A program made the position numbers and the translations under genes. From the IMG/VR virus record IMGVR_UViG_3300028840_001835: a DNA stretch of 64,000 nt; one strand, 5' to 3'. A model generated the notes under the pieces. That model saw only the letters and a list, made by a program, of their open reading frames with translations, did not search any database and was not told the DNA's origin. Each line of letters begins with the position of its first letter. Position 1 is the stretch's first letter. This DNA comes from a virus (Duplodnaviria; Caudoviricetes). Positions 28,384 through 38,481 of this stretch are shown piece after piece.

Positions 28384-29212
28384 TGAAGTCGATAAAATAA
28401 TCGAAATCCAGTAATGTTGCGCTCATTGTAAGGGTCTGGGTATTTCCAGATATATCGTAAGGAGCGGTAAATGTGGAGCTGGAATCCCATCCAGATGTAT
28501 TTGCTCCCCCGACCGCGGACAATCCTTGACCCATTGTTCCCGGATAGTATCTCGTTCTGATCTCTTTAATTAAACCATCGTCCGATAATTCTCTATATAA
28601 AAACGCCTTGACGTTGAGCTGAAGTACACCACGTACATATCTAATATTGTCCTCGTTTTGCTCAACAAGAAAATCTGGAGATATGCCTTCAAGAATGACT
28701 TTTATATCCCTCTCTATATTTAGAAATGAAAATTCCTTCACTCTTAAATATCGTGCTGGATCAAAGTAAGGAAGAATATTCTCCATTAGCTGTGTAAAAT
28801 GATTCATACTCTCGGTTCTTATCTCAAGTGAAAAACCGAGATCATATGGTCGTGGATTTAGATTCGATATAAACCTATCAATATCGTTCAATCCCAGAGC
28901 AGTGTTGTAAAACGTTCTTACCTCAGAAAGACCCGCCGCCCTATCTCCTGCGAAATTTATACTATCCCATGAGAGGGCCATCTTGGGCAAAGGCATATAC
29001 TTCTGTGCAGAGGGTTCTCCCCTCTTTATGATCTCATGATATTTATTCATATGACCAAACTGAAGGGACACTGGTATGGTCTTGACTTTTGTGGTCTCAA
29101 GGTAATCGCCCGTTTCAAAGTTTTCAACCACGAGTCCATTGAACTCATTTAACAAGGCGATAATTATTCCCCTTATGGTTCTTGGTCTAAAATTATCTGG
29201 TACTAATGCCAT
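28379..29212 (-). CDS. gp15: Tail terminator / sheath stabiliser gp15
   Basis: IPVSLQFG, LPKMAL, PRPYDLGFSLEI.T..M....QLMENILPYF.P. Confidence 0.88.
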   Translation of the reverse strand: MALVPDNFRPRTIRGIIIALLNEFNGLVVENFETGDYLETTKVKTIPVSLQFGHMNKYHEIIKRGEPSAQKYMPLPKMALSWDSINFAGDRAAGLSEVRTFYNTALGLNDIDRFISNLNPRPYDLGFSLEIRTESMNHFTQLMENILPYFDPARYLRVKEFSFLNIERDIKVILEGISPDFLVEQNEDNIRYVRGVLQLNVKAFLYRELSDDGLIKEIRTRYYPGTMGQGLSAVGGANTSGWDSSSTFTAPYDISGNTQTLTMSATLLDFDYFIDFI

Positions 29213-29398
29213 TTATCGTTTTGTCCTTACCACGTTTGATACATTATATTTTTTCTTTAATGCCTCAACATCGTTTGATGTATCTATTACATTACCATCT
29301 TTGTCCCAGACTCCATATCTTTTAATAGGTAGTCCTTTAGGAGGTTCTCCTATATCAGTAATGTAATATTTTTCAATTATAAAATCTTTCCAGTCCAT
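29213..29398 (-). CDS. Putative internal head protein
   Basis: Starts MDWKDFIIE|K. Confidence 0.6.
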   Translation of the reverse strand: MDWKDFIIEKYYITDIGEPPKGLPIKRYGVWDKDGNVIDTSNDVEALKKKYNVSNVVRTKR

Positions 29399-29409
29399 AA
29401 TTTAACTCC

Positions 29410-30207
29410 TTAATCAAACCATCCACCGAGGCCAGGCTGATTACTACTCTCCTCGCTTGAACCACTTGTATACAATACATCATCCTTCTTGTTGGTAATG
29501 TAATCACTCTGATCAAGATAGTCATCAACATCATTGACACCCGTTATCTCTGTCATAGCGGCGCTGGTGTCTGCCGATAGGCTAAGTTTCTGATCAAGCA
29601 TAGTTCTCACAGTGAAAGTCCATGAGTGTTTTCCCTGAAGGAACATCTCATCTTCCTCGCCAACATCAATTATCTCATAATATACACCATTAAACTCGCA
29701 ACGAATTATATCACCAACTTTAGGCGTTAATGCTCCATATACATTCCTTTGTGATTGTTGAGCAGGTGGATATAATGCGACACCACTTGTTGGATATTTA
29801 GAGGCCTCTGCAAAATGATTCTTACTAACATACATCGGAAAATTGTCCAATCCCTCAATACCAAATTTGGCGTATAGCTCCAGCTGCTTGGGTAATTCAA
29901 ACACTGCCTTTACAGGAAATCTTCTCTCTATTCTTCGAACATCGTCCTCACCAAAAAGGGGATCATAATTAACATCGTAGGTCACACGATAATACATCAT
30001 CGGATTGCCGTGAATGTTATTTGCCTCAGACAATAGAACATCATATAATCCACGATCCGCATCATATCTCTTATTCTGGAAAAACTGAAAATACTGATTA
30101 GGCATAGGATCTATAGTGGAGATCCTACTGGTCGTCCAGTTCGCTACAGTACCTTCTGAATCAGATTCTATAAAAGGTGATGTTGGTTGTCCAGATCCTG
30201 ATGGCAT
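29410..30207 (-). CDS. gp14: Neck protein gp14
   Basis: EANNIHG.PMMYY...DPLFGED...KFGIEGLD...PKVGDII.....YYEII.V...EMFLQGK. Confidence 0.88.
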   Translation of the reverse strand: MPSGSGQPTSPFIESDSEGTVANWTTSRISTIDPMPNQYFQFFQNKRYDADRGLYDVLLSEANNIHGNPMMYYRVTYDVNYDPLFGEDDVRRIERRFPVKAVFELPKQLELYAKFGIEGLDNFPMYVSKNHFAEASKYPTSGVALYPPAQQSQRNVYGALTPKVGDIIRCEFNGVYYEIIDVGEEDEMFLQGKHSWTFTVRTMLDQKLSLSADTSAAMTEITGVNDVDDYLDQSDYITNKKDDVLYTSGSSEESSNQPGLGGWFD

Positions 30208-30226
30208 ATTTACTCCTGTTTATTAG

Positions 30227-30234
30227 TATTTATA
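30227..30234 (-). promoter_or_regulatory. T4-type late promoter TATAAATA
   Basis: Exact match upstream of gp14; contains the upstream stop. Confidence 0.8.
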
Positions 30235-31345
30235 AGTTGATTTTTTTAGAGAATGTGGATGTTAGTCCACTTCTTTTAACCATGTAAGGTATCACCAACG
30301 TTATTGCATTCTCCTCTGTGAGTACATTCATCTCTATTTGATTCTCCAAAACTATGACACGTTTCTCCCATCTCTTTATAGCCCTAACAAGACGATCAAG
30401 AAGATCCACTGCATCCTGATACCCAATTTCCTCAAATGGAACTCTTGGAAGAATGGTTCCAAATTTAAGATTAAATACCCTCTCACCCCTTAATGTGGAC
30501 AGTATATTCTCAATACTCTGATTTATGGCATCCTGATTATATGCTTCTCCGACTGATATAACCTTCTTATGTATATCATACGCCCATTTGGGTTGTATCA
30601 CGTCCTCAGAAAGACCGAGTGTTAAAGAAATCTGTTCAACTTCTACATAACCTCCTATTCTAGGAAGCGGTAAATTTATATCTACGATCTCATTAAACTG
30701 TTTAACAATGGCTCCGATGTATGGGTTGGCAATAACTATGTTTGCGGAGCCGCTCTGTGATTTGCCCGCGGCTATAATAGTCGGGGTTGGAATATCAAAT
30801 AAAATAGTTCCAATCTTTGGACTTACAACCGTTCCAACACCAGATACACTTGGTGAAGGTGTCGTGGAAATGCCAACGGCACTTTGAACCTGTCCTTGTG
30901 TAACAATCTCGATTGAAGGAACATTCAGGTTAGAAATTCCTGTTGTAGGGGATACCGATGTACCAGTTCCAGAAACAAGAACCCCAAGAATTATATCAAG
31001 AACTGAAGAACCGATAGTCGGAAACGAACTATCCAGTTTTATGATCTGAGTATCGTCACCGGGATACGGTTCCATTGTATACGTACGGAACGGTATGGCA
31101 TCTTCATAGGTAACGGGTTCAGAGAGTAAAGCAAATTCATCGTCATTAAACTCAATAGCACCAGATACATCAAGAGTTTCATCTACGGCAAGAACGGTTC
31201 CGAGTAGCGGAACCTCTTCCTGACTAAATGTAAAATCTGCTGTATGGACTATGGTCTCATCATATACAACGGTACCAACAAGTGAAAATTCCTCTTCACT
31301 ATACTCTACAGTTGGAGTATATTCGATACCTACATCAAAACTCAT
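30230..31345 (-). CDS. Beta-repeat protein with C-terminal gp25 domain (copy A)
   Basis: AINQSIENILSTLRGERVFNLKFGTILP...AIKRWEKRV = GPW/gp25 signature. Confidence 0.8.
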   Translation of the reverse strand: MSFDVGIEYTPTVEYSEEEFSLVGTVVYDETIVHTADFTFSQEEVPLLGTVLAVDETLDVSGAIEFNDDEFALLSEPVTYEDAIPFRTYTMEPYPGDDTQIIKLDSSFPTIGSSVLDIILGVLVSGTGTSVSPTTGISNLNVPSIEIVTQGQVQSAVGISTTPSPSVSGVGTVVSPKIGTILFDIPTPTIIAAGKSQSGSANIVIANPYIGAIVKQFNEIVDINLPLPRIGGYVEVEQISLTLGLSEDVIQPKWAYDIHKKVISVGEAYNQDAINQSIENILSTLRGERVFNLKFGTILPRVPFEEIGYQDAVDLLDRLVRAIKRWEKRVIVLENQIEMNVLTEENAITLVIPYMVKRSGLTSTFSKKINL

Positions 31346-31350
31346 ATCTA

Positions 31351-32979
31351 TTAGACTTCGTTATAGTTTGGGACCATCATTCCAATTTGAGCATCATTGA
31401 CTATTATATCAATGGTTGTATATGTTGTTGGATGTTGGGTCGCATGAAAATAAACCCATTCTTTAGAAACGATAGTTTTTCCATTTAACATCTGTGACAT
31501 TGAACCCACCGCTGTGTAATAAAGATTCTTTGCCTGTCCATATGAACGATTGCCTTCGGCATTTGGCGAGGAATTAGAATCATATTCACCAACCACGGGC
31601 TTCATAACTATGTATTTACCCTCATCATTGGGAGCGGAGTCTTTTATTAACTGTTCCAACACATGACCGCCAATTCTTGAATAACAAAAATCATCAGTTG
31701 CATGTACACCAAATTCTTTTTGTCTAACACTTCTAACGGGAATACCCATTCTAACATAATTGTTTACTCCAGTCAATATATTTGTACCAAGTACATGAAA
31801 TCTTTGATAGTATGGGGAAAGTAACGACCCAGAACTATGTCTCTTGGTTAAAGTTTCATTCAATGATAATGTATCTCCAGCCGTAGCAGTCACCTGAAGA
31901 TAATCAATGGCTTCAGAACGATTAAGATTATATAAGAAATAAAAATTATCATCGGTAAAATTAGAACCCTCTCCTGTGTTCAAATATATCGTTGAGTCGC
32001 CGTCGTTGGCCGCTGCAGAAAGTGTACCACTTATTGTAGCCGCTTCGACAAGATTTAAGTCAGTCAACCATTCATCAAGAATATATGTAGACCACGCAGT
32101 TCCTACTCTAGTCTGAATTACAATACATTCATCGCCACCACGAAAATCATAAACAAATGCACCAGCATCAACAGTTCCAAGTGAATGAGCGCCAAACATT
32201 CCAAAACCAGTATGAATAGTTGTATCATAATTCATCCAAGTCTTAATATATATCTGTCCGGCAGTTCCAGTGACCATTCCAATCTCAACAAACTTTGCAC
32301 CAGAGTATGTTGTTGGATTCTGTTGATCGGATACAACTATATACGGGTCAACACTAATATCGTTCTTGATTCCAGCACCCGATTCCATATCAAGATAAGC
32401 AGCACCTCCTATGTATGTTCCACCCAATGATGGATTAGTCAAATACGATACATCCTTGTTTGCTGCTCCGGCAACTATGATAAATCTATCTTCTAATGTT
32501 TGTGAATTATAAAACGGATTGTTTACATATAGTTTTCTAAAATGCTTAACTATGGCTCCGTCAAAACCATCACCTGGGCTTGAGCTAACAGATTGTATAC
32601 CTGTCTGAATCACATCAGCAACCTCATCCCAGGTTGTTATTGAACTAAAATCAAGAGCCGATACACCCCGTGAGACTCCGCCAATACTTATCTGAAACTC
32701 CCCATCACTAACCGCACTTATTTCTGCCAACGTATCAAAACTTGTACCCAGACCATTATCATCTGTTTTCAACCATGCAACCTTATTTGGGGACGGATCT
32801 ACACTTGTATCGCTCTGATCGTCAATAATATACCAACCCGGACCGCCACTAACAGTTGCAGAGGGGCTCGCCACAGGCGTCCTTATGACCCAGTTCTTGA
32901 AATTGGCAAGAAGCCCATCGGCGTTTGTCGCTGAGAACCCTCTTCCTGTGCATGTGGACTGTTCAATGTTAAAAGCCAT
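31351..32979 (-). CDS. Virion structural protein of unknown function
   Basis: 542 aa, G/S/T-rich, in the fibre block behind late promoter 33004. Confidence 0.6.
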   Translation of the reverse strand: MAFNIEQSTCTGRGFSATNADGLLANFKNWVIRTPVASPSATVSGGPGWYIIDDQSDTSVDPSPNKVAWLKTDDNGLGTSFDTLAEISAVSDGEFQISIGGVSRGVSALDFSSITTWDEVADVIQTGIQSVSSSPGDGFDGAIVKHFRKLYVNNPFYNSQTLEDRFIIVAGAANKDVSYLTNPSLGGTYIGGAAYLDMESGAGIKNDISVDPYIVVSDQQNPTTYSGAKFVEIGMVTGTAGQIYIKTWMNYDTTIHTGFGMFGAHSLGTVDAGAFVYDFRGGDECIVIQTRVGTAWSTYILDEWLTDLNLVEAATISGTLSAAANDGDSTIYLNTGEGSNFTDDNFYFLYNLNRSEAIDYLQVTATAGDTLSLNETLTKRHSSGSLLSPYYQRFHVLGTNILTGVNNYVRMGIPVRSVRQKEFGVHATDDFCYSRIGGHVLEQLIKDSAPNDEGKYIVMKPVVGEYDSNSSPNAEGNRSYGQAKNLYYTAVGSMSQMLNGKTIVSKEWVYFHATQHPTTYTTIDIIVNDAQIGMMVPNYNEV

Positions 32980-33003
32980 ATCTATTCCCCTTATTATCGT
33001 TAA

Positions 33004-33011
33004 TATTTATA
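33004..33011 (-). promoter_or_regulatory. T4-type late promoter TATAAATA
   Basis: Exact match; contains the upstream stop. Confidence 0.8.
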
Positions 33012-35115
33012 AATTAATCTTCCTTGAGAAGGTAGAGGTCAAACCACTTCTCCTCACCACATACGGAATCTGGATAGTTAGTGCGTTCTCCTCGGTCAGT
33101 ACATTTAATTCGATTTGATTCTCCAAAACTATTATCCTTTTCTCCCATCTCCTTATTGCTCGTACTATAATATCCAATAGATCAACTGCATTCTGATAGT
33201 CCAAAACCTCAAAAGGCACGATTGGAAGTATTGTTCCAAATCTTGGATTGAATATTCGTTCACCTCTTAATGTCGCAATTATATTCTCTATACTTTGATT
33301 AATTGCATCGTCATTATATGCCTTTCCAACAGATACCGCTTTCTTATGTATATCTATTGCCCATTTTGGCTGTTTGATCTCCTCGGGGGTTGGATCGACA
33401 GGAAGAGTAAATTTCTCAATCTCTCCATGAATGTTAATTCTAAGCCAAGGCATATATATGGACATATCATGATTAAACTGCTTGACAATAGCATCAATGT
33501 ATGTAGCTGGAATGTATATATCTGCTGATATACTATTGATAGTTCCAACACTAATAACACCCAGGCCCGGTAAAAGTAAATCAGACACGCCACTGGTCAA
33601 TGTTCCAGTTATCTGTGTGTAAGGATTTGGAATATTCACATCAATCGCCTGACCAGAAACGACCAGTTGACCACTGGCTTCGATATATGGGACCGTTACA
33701 TCAATATTCATGGTTCCTGTATTAACAATTCCCTGAATAGTCGTTACAACAAATCCCGTGTCTATATCTATCGCACCATTATTGACACTCCCTTGAATTG
33801 TCGTTACAACGAACCCAGCATCAATTATTGATGATCCGGCTGTTACGACTGTTCCAGAGATTGATGTATATGGAACTATTGTATCAATATCTATAATTCC
33901 CGTGTTAATAATTCCCTGAATGGTCGTAGTGACAAAACCAGTATCAATTGTTGATATGCCAGCAGTTGTAATTGTTCCAGAGATTGATGTATATGGAACT
34001 GTTGTATCAATATTCAATTGACCAGAGTTTATAGTGCCGCTAAGTTCTGTAACCGGAGATGAAACGATCAAATCTCCACTTCCAGTTGGTAAGTTACTAA
34101 TTGGTTCTGCGTCCCATTGTATGAACTGCTCCTCATTAAACATGGCAGAATACAATGCACTTGTACTATGTCCCGATACATGAGTCCAATCCCAAAAACG
34201 AAATTCATCAATAGTGCCATCAAAAAAGTTCTCAAAATCAGGAGATATCCAAGTTGCACCAATCGTGTGATTTCTTGTTGTGTTAATGCCCGTTTCTCCA
34301 GCGACCGTCTCTAACTGCTCCTCGACACCATTCACATATAAAATTAAATCTCCTTCAGTCTGAAAAGATATCAATACATGATACTCAGTATCCGTGGAGA
34401 ATACATAATCAAACTCATGATAATTTGAACCCAAATCAAATTCTAACTTGGCATTTTCTGTTATACCTATATTAATTCTTTTACCGCCACCGTCCGGATC
34501 ATCACTTGAAAATATTGAATAAAACTCTGTTCCGCCGGGTATGGAATGTAATTTCATTATAAATTCAATTGAAAACTCCGTCATGTCATTTTCGCCACCG
34601 AAGTCATTAATATCATCAATATACGCATCAGAATCAATATCGAAATCGAATGCGGAATTTAAATGACCAGATGTTTCTGTAACATTGACTAATGTACCAA
34701 AGAAGGGATCAACGTCAATGTCTGAACTATTGATTGCTTCTCCAGCACTTGTTCCGCCATGATATACAATTGAATTATTTGCCCAAAGATCATCTACAGC
34801 CTCTGCAGTTGCGGACGAATTACCATACCAGAAATAATACTCATTATCTTCTCCCGGCCACCACTGATCAGAAGCGAACCAAATCTCTGCGCTTGCTGAG
34901 GATTCAAATCTAACTATCTCTATTGATTGCTGTCCGCTACCATCAGCCCCAGAAGTGATTCGGATGTCACCACCATCTGACCTAGCGTTGGCAAATACAT
35001 GCTGGGGAAGTGTTCTATGGGTTAACACAAAGGGAGCATCCGACCACTCTCCACCGAAGAAGGCACCCGAAGTCGTAAACTTAAACTTATAATTCCATCC
35101 GTCAGGAAACGCCAT
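33007..35115 (-). CDS. DUF2341 + LamG/concanavalin-like + beta repeats + C-terminal gp25 domain (copy B)
   Basis: ARSDGGDIRIT...EIWF (DUF2341); FSIEF...YHVL...LYVNG...FDGTIDEFRFW (LamG); SIENII.TLRGERIFNPRFG (gp25). Confidence 0.8.
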   Translation of the reverse strand: MAFPDGWNYKFKFTTSGAFFGGEWSDAPFVLTHRTLPQHVFANARSDGGDIRITSGADGSGQQSIEIVRFESSASAEIWFASDQWWPGEDNEYYFWYGNSSATAEAVDDLWANNSIVYHGGTSAGEAINSSDIDVDPFFGTLVNVTETSGHLNSAFDFDIDSDAYIDDINDFGGENDMTEFSIEFIMKLHSIPGGTEFYSIFSSDDPDGGGKRINIGITENAKLEFDLGSNYHEFDYVFSTDTEYHVLISFQTEGDLILYVNGVEEQLETVAGETGINTTRNHTIGATWISPDFENFFDGTIDEFRFWDWTHVSGHSTSALYSAMFNEEQFIQWDAEPISNLPTGSGDLIVSSPVTELSGTINSGQLNIDTTVPYTSISGTITTAGISTIDTGFVTTTIQGIINTGIIDIDTIVPYTSISGTVVTAGSSIIDAGFVVTTIQGSVNNGAIDIDTGFVVTTIQGIVNTGTMNIDVTVPYIEASGQLVVSGQAIDVNIPNPYTQITGTLTSGVSDLLLPGLGVISVGTINSISADIYIPATYIDAIVKQFNHDMSIYMPWLRINIHGEIEKFTLPVDPTPEEIKQPKWAIDIHKKAVSVGKAYNDDAINQSIENIIATLRGERIFNPRFGTILPIVPFEVLDYQNAVDLLDIIVRAIRRWEKRIIVLENQIELNVLTEENALTIQIPYVVRRSGLTSTFSRKINL

Positions 35116-35124
35116 TCAATACCC

Positions 35125-38100
35125 CTATAAAATTATCTTCCTAGAGAACGTACCTGTCAGACCACTCCTGTTTATGATGTATGGTATCTGGATTGTCATT
35201 GCGTTCTCTTCCGTCAATATGTTCATCTCGATCTGGTCCTCAATGACCGTTATTCGTGTCTCCCAGAACTGTATGGCCTTGAGCAGATCGACAAGCAGTG
35301 CCTCGGCGTCAGCATAATCCAGTTGTGAGAAAATGGTGAGTGGTAACACAGATCCAAAGAACGGTGAAAATACTCTCTCACCTCTAAGCGTGGAAAGTAT
35401 ATTCTCAATGCTATTATTTATAGCTTTCTCATTAAGAACATAACCTGTTGTTAAAACGTCCTTTGATATATCCTCTGCCCATATCTGTGTATTCTCCCTC
35501 TCGGCGGGTATCACTATGGTCGTTATATTTCTCTCAAGTAGACCATCAATGTCAGTAGTTGGTTTTGGTATTTCAATGTCAATCGCACCTTGTATAGGAA
35601 CAGCACCCACTCCACTTACAATCGTAAAAGGTATTATTAAATCACCTGTTATACGATTAACAACGCCCGAGCCGGAACAACTAACAAATGGAATTATTAG
35701 ACTACCAGTTACACGATTGACTGTTCCTTGTATGTCAACCTCTGGAACTGGTGTCTGGACATCAAGAGAATCACCAGAAACAACAAGCTGACCAGTACCT
35801 TCAACATCAACCGCTGGTATGTCCACATCAATAGAATCCCCAGAAACCACTCTCTGACCAGTTCCATCAATTTCCGGAACTGGTATTGATATGTCCGCTT
35901 GACCAGTATTATTTGACGCAGATATGTCTAGAATTATCGAAGGAATTGCCACATCGAGGGCACCACCAGATACTACTAATTGACCGCTTGCTGTTATGTA
36001 TGGGATCGGTATATCGACATCAATGACACCACCATTAACAACACCTTCAGCATCGACAATCACAAAACCGGCGTCAATTACGATCTCGCCATCATTAATA
36101 AGTCCATTTGAAACAATATATGGGATAGGAACATCAATGTTTAGAATTCCTTTATTTACGATCCCTTGAACATCGACTGATACAAATCCTGTATCTATCG
36201 TGATCGTTCCTGTTGTTTCTATTAGACCCGTACCAGATGTAACAACAAATCCGGTGTCTATATCTATAGTTCCACCCGTTGCTGCTTCACCAACACCACC
36301 AATCTCTGGAATTGGTATATCTATATCTATGTTACCCTGATTAACAATACCCTGGGAGGATATTACAACAAAACCCGTATCTATGTCAATTAAACCAGTA
36401 TTTGATACACCACTTGCAGTGATGTATGGGACAGGCGTATCAATGTTTAATATTCCTTTATTAACAACGCCTTCTGCGTCAACAATAACCCAACCGGCAT
36501 CTATGACTATCTGACCATCATTGACAAGTCCCTGGGCGATAACATCGACCGCGGGTATCACAAGATCAGTTAAACCAACCGTCGAGATTGTTCCCGTTCC
36601 AGATACATCAACAAACCCAGTATCTATATCTATCGAACCCTGTGTTTCTGCCGTGCCTGTAGCAGACAGATACGGGACAGGAATAGTTATGTTTATGTTA
36701 CCCTGATTTAAAACACCCTGAGAAACTATATATGGAACTGGCACATCTATGTCAATCGTTCCACGATTAACAACGCCAGATACATCGACATCGACCGCTG
36801 GAATTACTATGTCAAGGGCTGTTCCAGAAACCACCAATTGACCGGTCGCCTGAACCTCAACCGCCGGGATCACAACATCAAGAACGTCAGCAGAAACAAC
36901 TAATTGCCCAACAGCGTCTATGTATGGAATCGGTACATCAATATTCAGGGTTCCTTTATTCACAGTTCCTACTGCGTCAACAACGACCCATCCAGCAACT
37001 ATGACTACCTCGCCATCATTGACGAGACCCTGGGCATCAACCGATACAAACCCAGTATCTATATCTATCGAACCCTGCTTCTCAGTCGACCCAGTCGCTG
37101 AGAGATAAGGGACAGGGATATCTATGTTTATGTTACCCTGATTTACAACTCCAGTAAGATTAGAATCGACCGCTGGAATTACTATGTCAAGGGCTGTTCC
37201 AGAAACCACTAGCTGCCCAGAGGCAACAATGTATGGGACTGGTATATCTATTGTTACATCGCCACTATTCACAACCCCAGTAACATCAACATCAACTGCA
37301 GGGAGTATAACATCCAATGATGTAGCAGATACAACAAGTTGACCCACCAATGACGCCTGAATAGCAGGAATAACAACATCAAGGGATAACGCAGAAACGA
37401 CCAATTGACCAGAGGCTTCGATATATGGAACAGGAATATCAATGTCCAAGGTTCCCTTGTTCACAACTCCTTCGCCATCAACAACCACAAACCCGGCGTC
37501 AATTACTATCTCGCCATCGTTGACAAGACCATTAATATCCACATAAGGAACAGGAATATCTATCGCTATTGTACCCGCGGTCTCTATTAAACCAGTCGCA
37601 GACGTATATGGAACCGGTACATCAATGTTTAGTGTTCCTTGATTTACAACACCGCTTGCTACAACATACGGAACGGGTACGTCTATGTCAATCGTTCCAA
37701 CAGATTCAATAATACCCGTTGCTGATAGATACGGAACTGGAGTATCTATGTCTATGTTACCTTGATTTACAATTCCCTCACCATCGACAACCACAAATCC
37801 AGCATCGATCACTATCTCGCCATCATTGACAAGCCCGCTTATATCTACATATGGAACGGGGATATCAATATTCAGAGTGCCTTTATTGACAACTCCAGAT
37901 ACATCAACATCAATTGCTGGAATTACAACATCAAGGGAAGTTGCAGATACAACAAAATTCCCAACAGCATCTACATACGGAATAGGAACATCTATTACAA
38001 TCGTTCCCTGAACTTCTACCTGTCCCTGACCGCTAGTGTATGGAACCGTTGTATTAATATCGAGGGAGGTCGCAGATACGACAAGCTGACCAGCTGCATC

Positions 38101-38478
38101 GACATACGGAACAGGTGTATCAATATTCAACGTACCAGTGTTGACGATGCCTGCTGCATCGACAACCACAAACCCGGCATCGATCACTATCTCGCCATCA
38201 TTGACGAGCCCGCTTGCAGTGATGTACGGGACGGGTATATTGATATCCAACGCCCCAGATGTCAACGGCGTCGCGGCGCTGATAACAAGGTCTTTATTAA
38301 AACTTAGACTTCCAGACTCACCTGGGGTTGGTAATGTTAGGTTGACGGTCTTTGAGGAAGACTCATAAAGGGTTATCGTTCCGCCATTAAGTGATAACGC
38401 TGAAGTGGATACATAACTTAGATCATTGCTTGCCTCTCCAGCACTTATAGTATATTTAAACCATAGTTTCTTAAACAT
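35125..38478 (-). CDS. Long ~21-aa beta-repeat fibre with C-terminal gp25 domain (copy C)
   Basis: Dozens of G.L.ID.PVPY..A.G.V repeats; AINNSIENILSTLRGERVFSPFFG (gp25). Confidence 0.8.
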   Translation of the reverse strand: MFKKLWFKYTISAGEASNDLSYVSTSALSLNGGTITLYESSSKTVNLTLPTPGESGSLSFNKDLVISAATPLTSGALDINIPVPYITASGLVNDGEIVIDAGFVVVDAAGIVNTGTLNIDTPVPYVDAAGQLVVSATSLDINTTVPYTSGQGQVEVQGTIVIDVPIPYVDAVGNFVVSATSLDVVIPAIDVDVSGVVNKGTLNIDIPVPYVDISGLVNDGEIVIDAGFVVVDGEGIVNQGNIDIDTPVPYLSATGIIESVGTIDIDVPVPYVVASGVVNQGTLNIDVPVPYTSATGLIETAGTIAIDIPVPYVDINGLVNDGEIVIDAGFVVVDGEGVVNKGTLDIDIPVPYIEASGQLVVSALSLDVVIPAIQASLVGQLVVSATSLDVILPAVDVDVTGVVNSGDVTIDIPVPYIVASGQLVVSGTALDIVIPAVDSNLTGVVNQGNINIDIPVPYLSATGSTEKQGSIDIDTGFVSVDAQGLVNDGEVVIVAGWVVVDAVGTVNKGTLNIDVPIPYIDAVGQLVVSADVLDVVIPAVEVQATGQLVVSGTALDIVIPAVDVDVSGVVNRGTIDIDVPVPYIVSQGVLNQGNINITIPVPYLSATGTAETQGSIDIDTGFVDVSGTGTISTVGLTDLVIPAVDVIAQGLVNDGQIVIDAGWVIVDAEGVVNKGILNIDTPVPYITASGVSNTGLIDIDTGFVVISSQGIVNQGNIDIDIPIPEIGGVGEAATGGTIDIDTGFVVTSGTGLIETTGTITIDTGFVSVDVQGIVNKGILNIDVPIPYIVSNGLINDGEIVIDAGFVIVDAEGVVNGGVIDVDIPIPYITASGQLVVSGGALDVAIPSIILDISASNNTGQADISIPVPEIDGTGQRVVSGDSIDVDIPAVDVEGTGQLVVSGDSLDVQTPVPEVDIQGTVNRVTGSLIIPFVSCSGSGVVNRITGDLIIPFTIVSGVGAVPIQGAIDIEIPKPTTDIDGLLERNITTIVIPAERENTQIWAEDISKDVLTTGYVLNEKAINNSIENILSTLRGERVFSPFFGSVLPLTIFSQLDYADAEALLVDLLKAIQFWETRITVIEDQIEMNILTEENAMTIQIPYIINRSGLTGTFSRKIIL

Positions 38479-38481
38479 TAA

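Noticed and set aside
30230-35487. Diversity-generating retroelement (similar 3' ends of three genes as TR/VR)
   Set aside because: The copies are in-frame gp25 domains that differ at all base types rather than only at adenines, and no reverse transcriptase is present in the window
33800-38300. CRISPR array or non-coding repeat array
   Set aside because: The repeats are degenerate, codon-phased and inside long ORFs, with no constant repeat/unique spacer pattern
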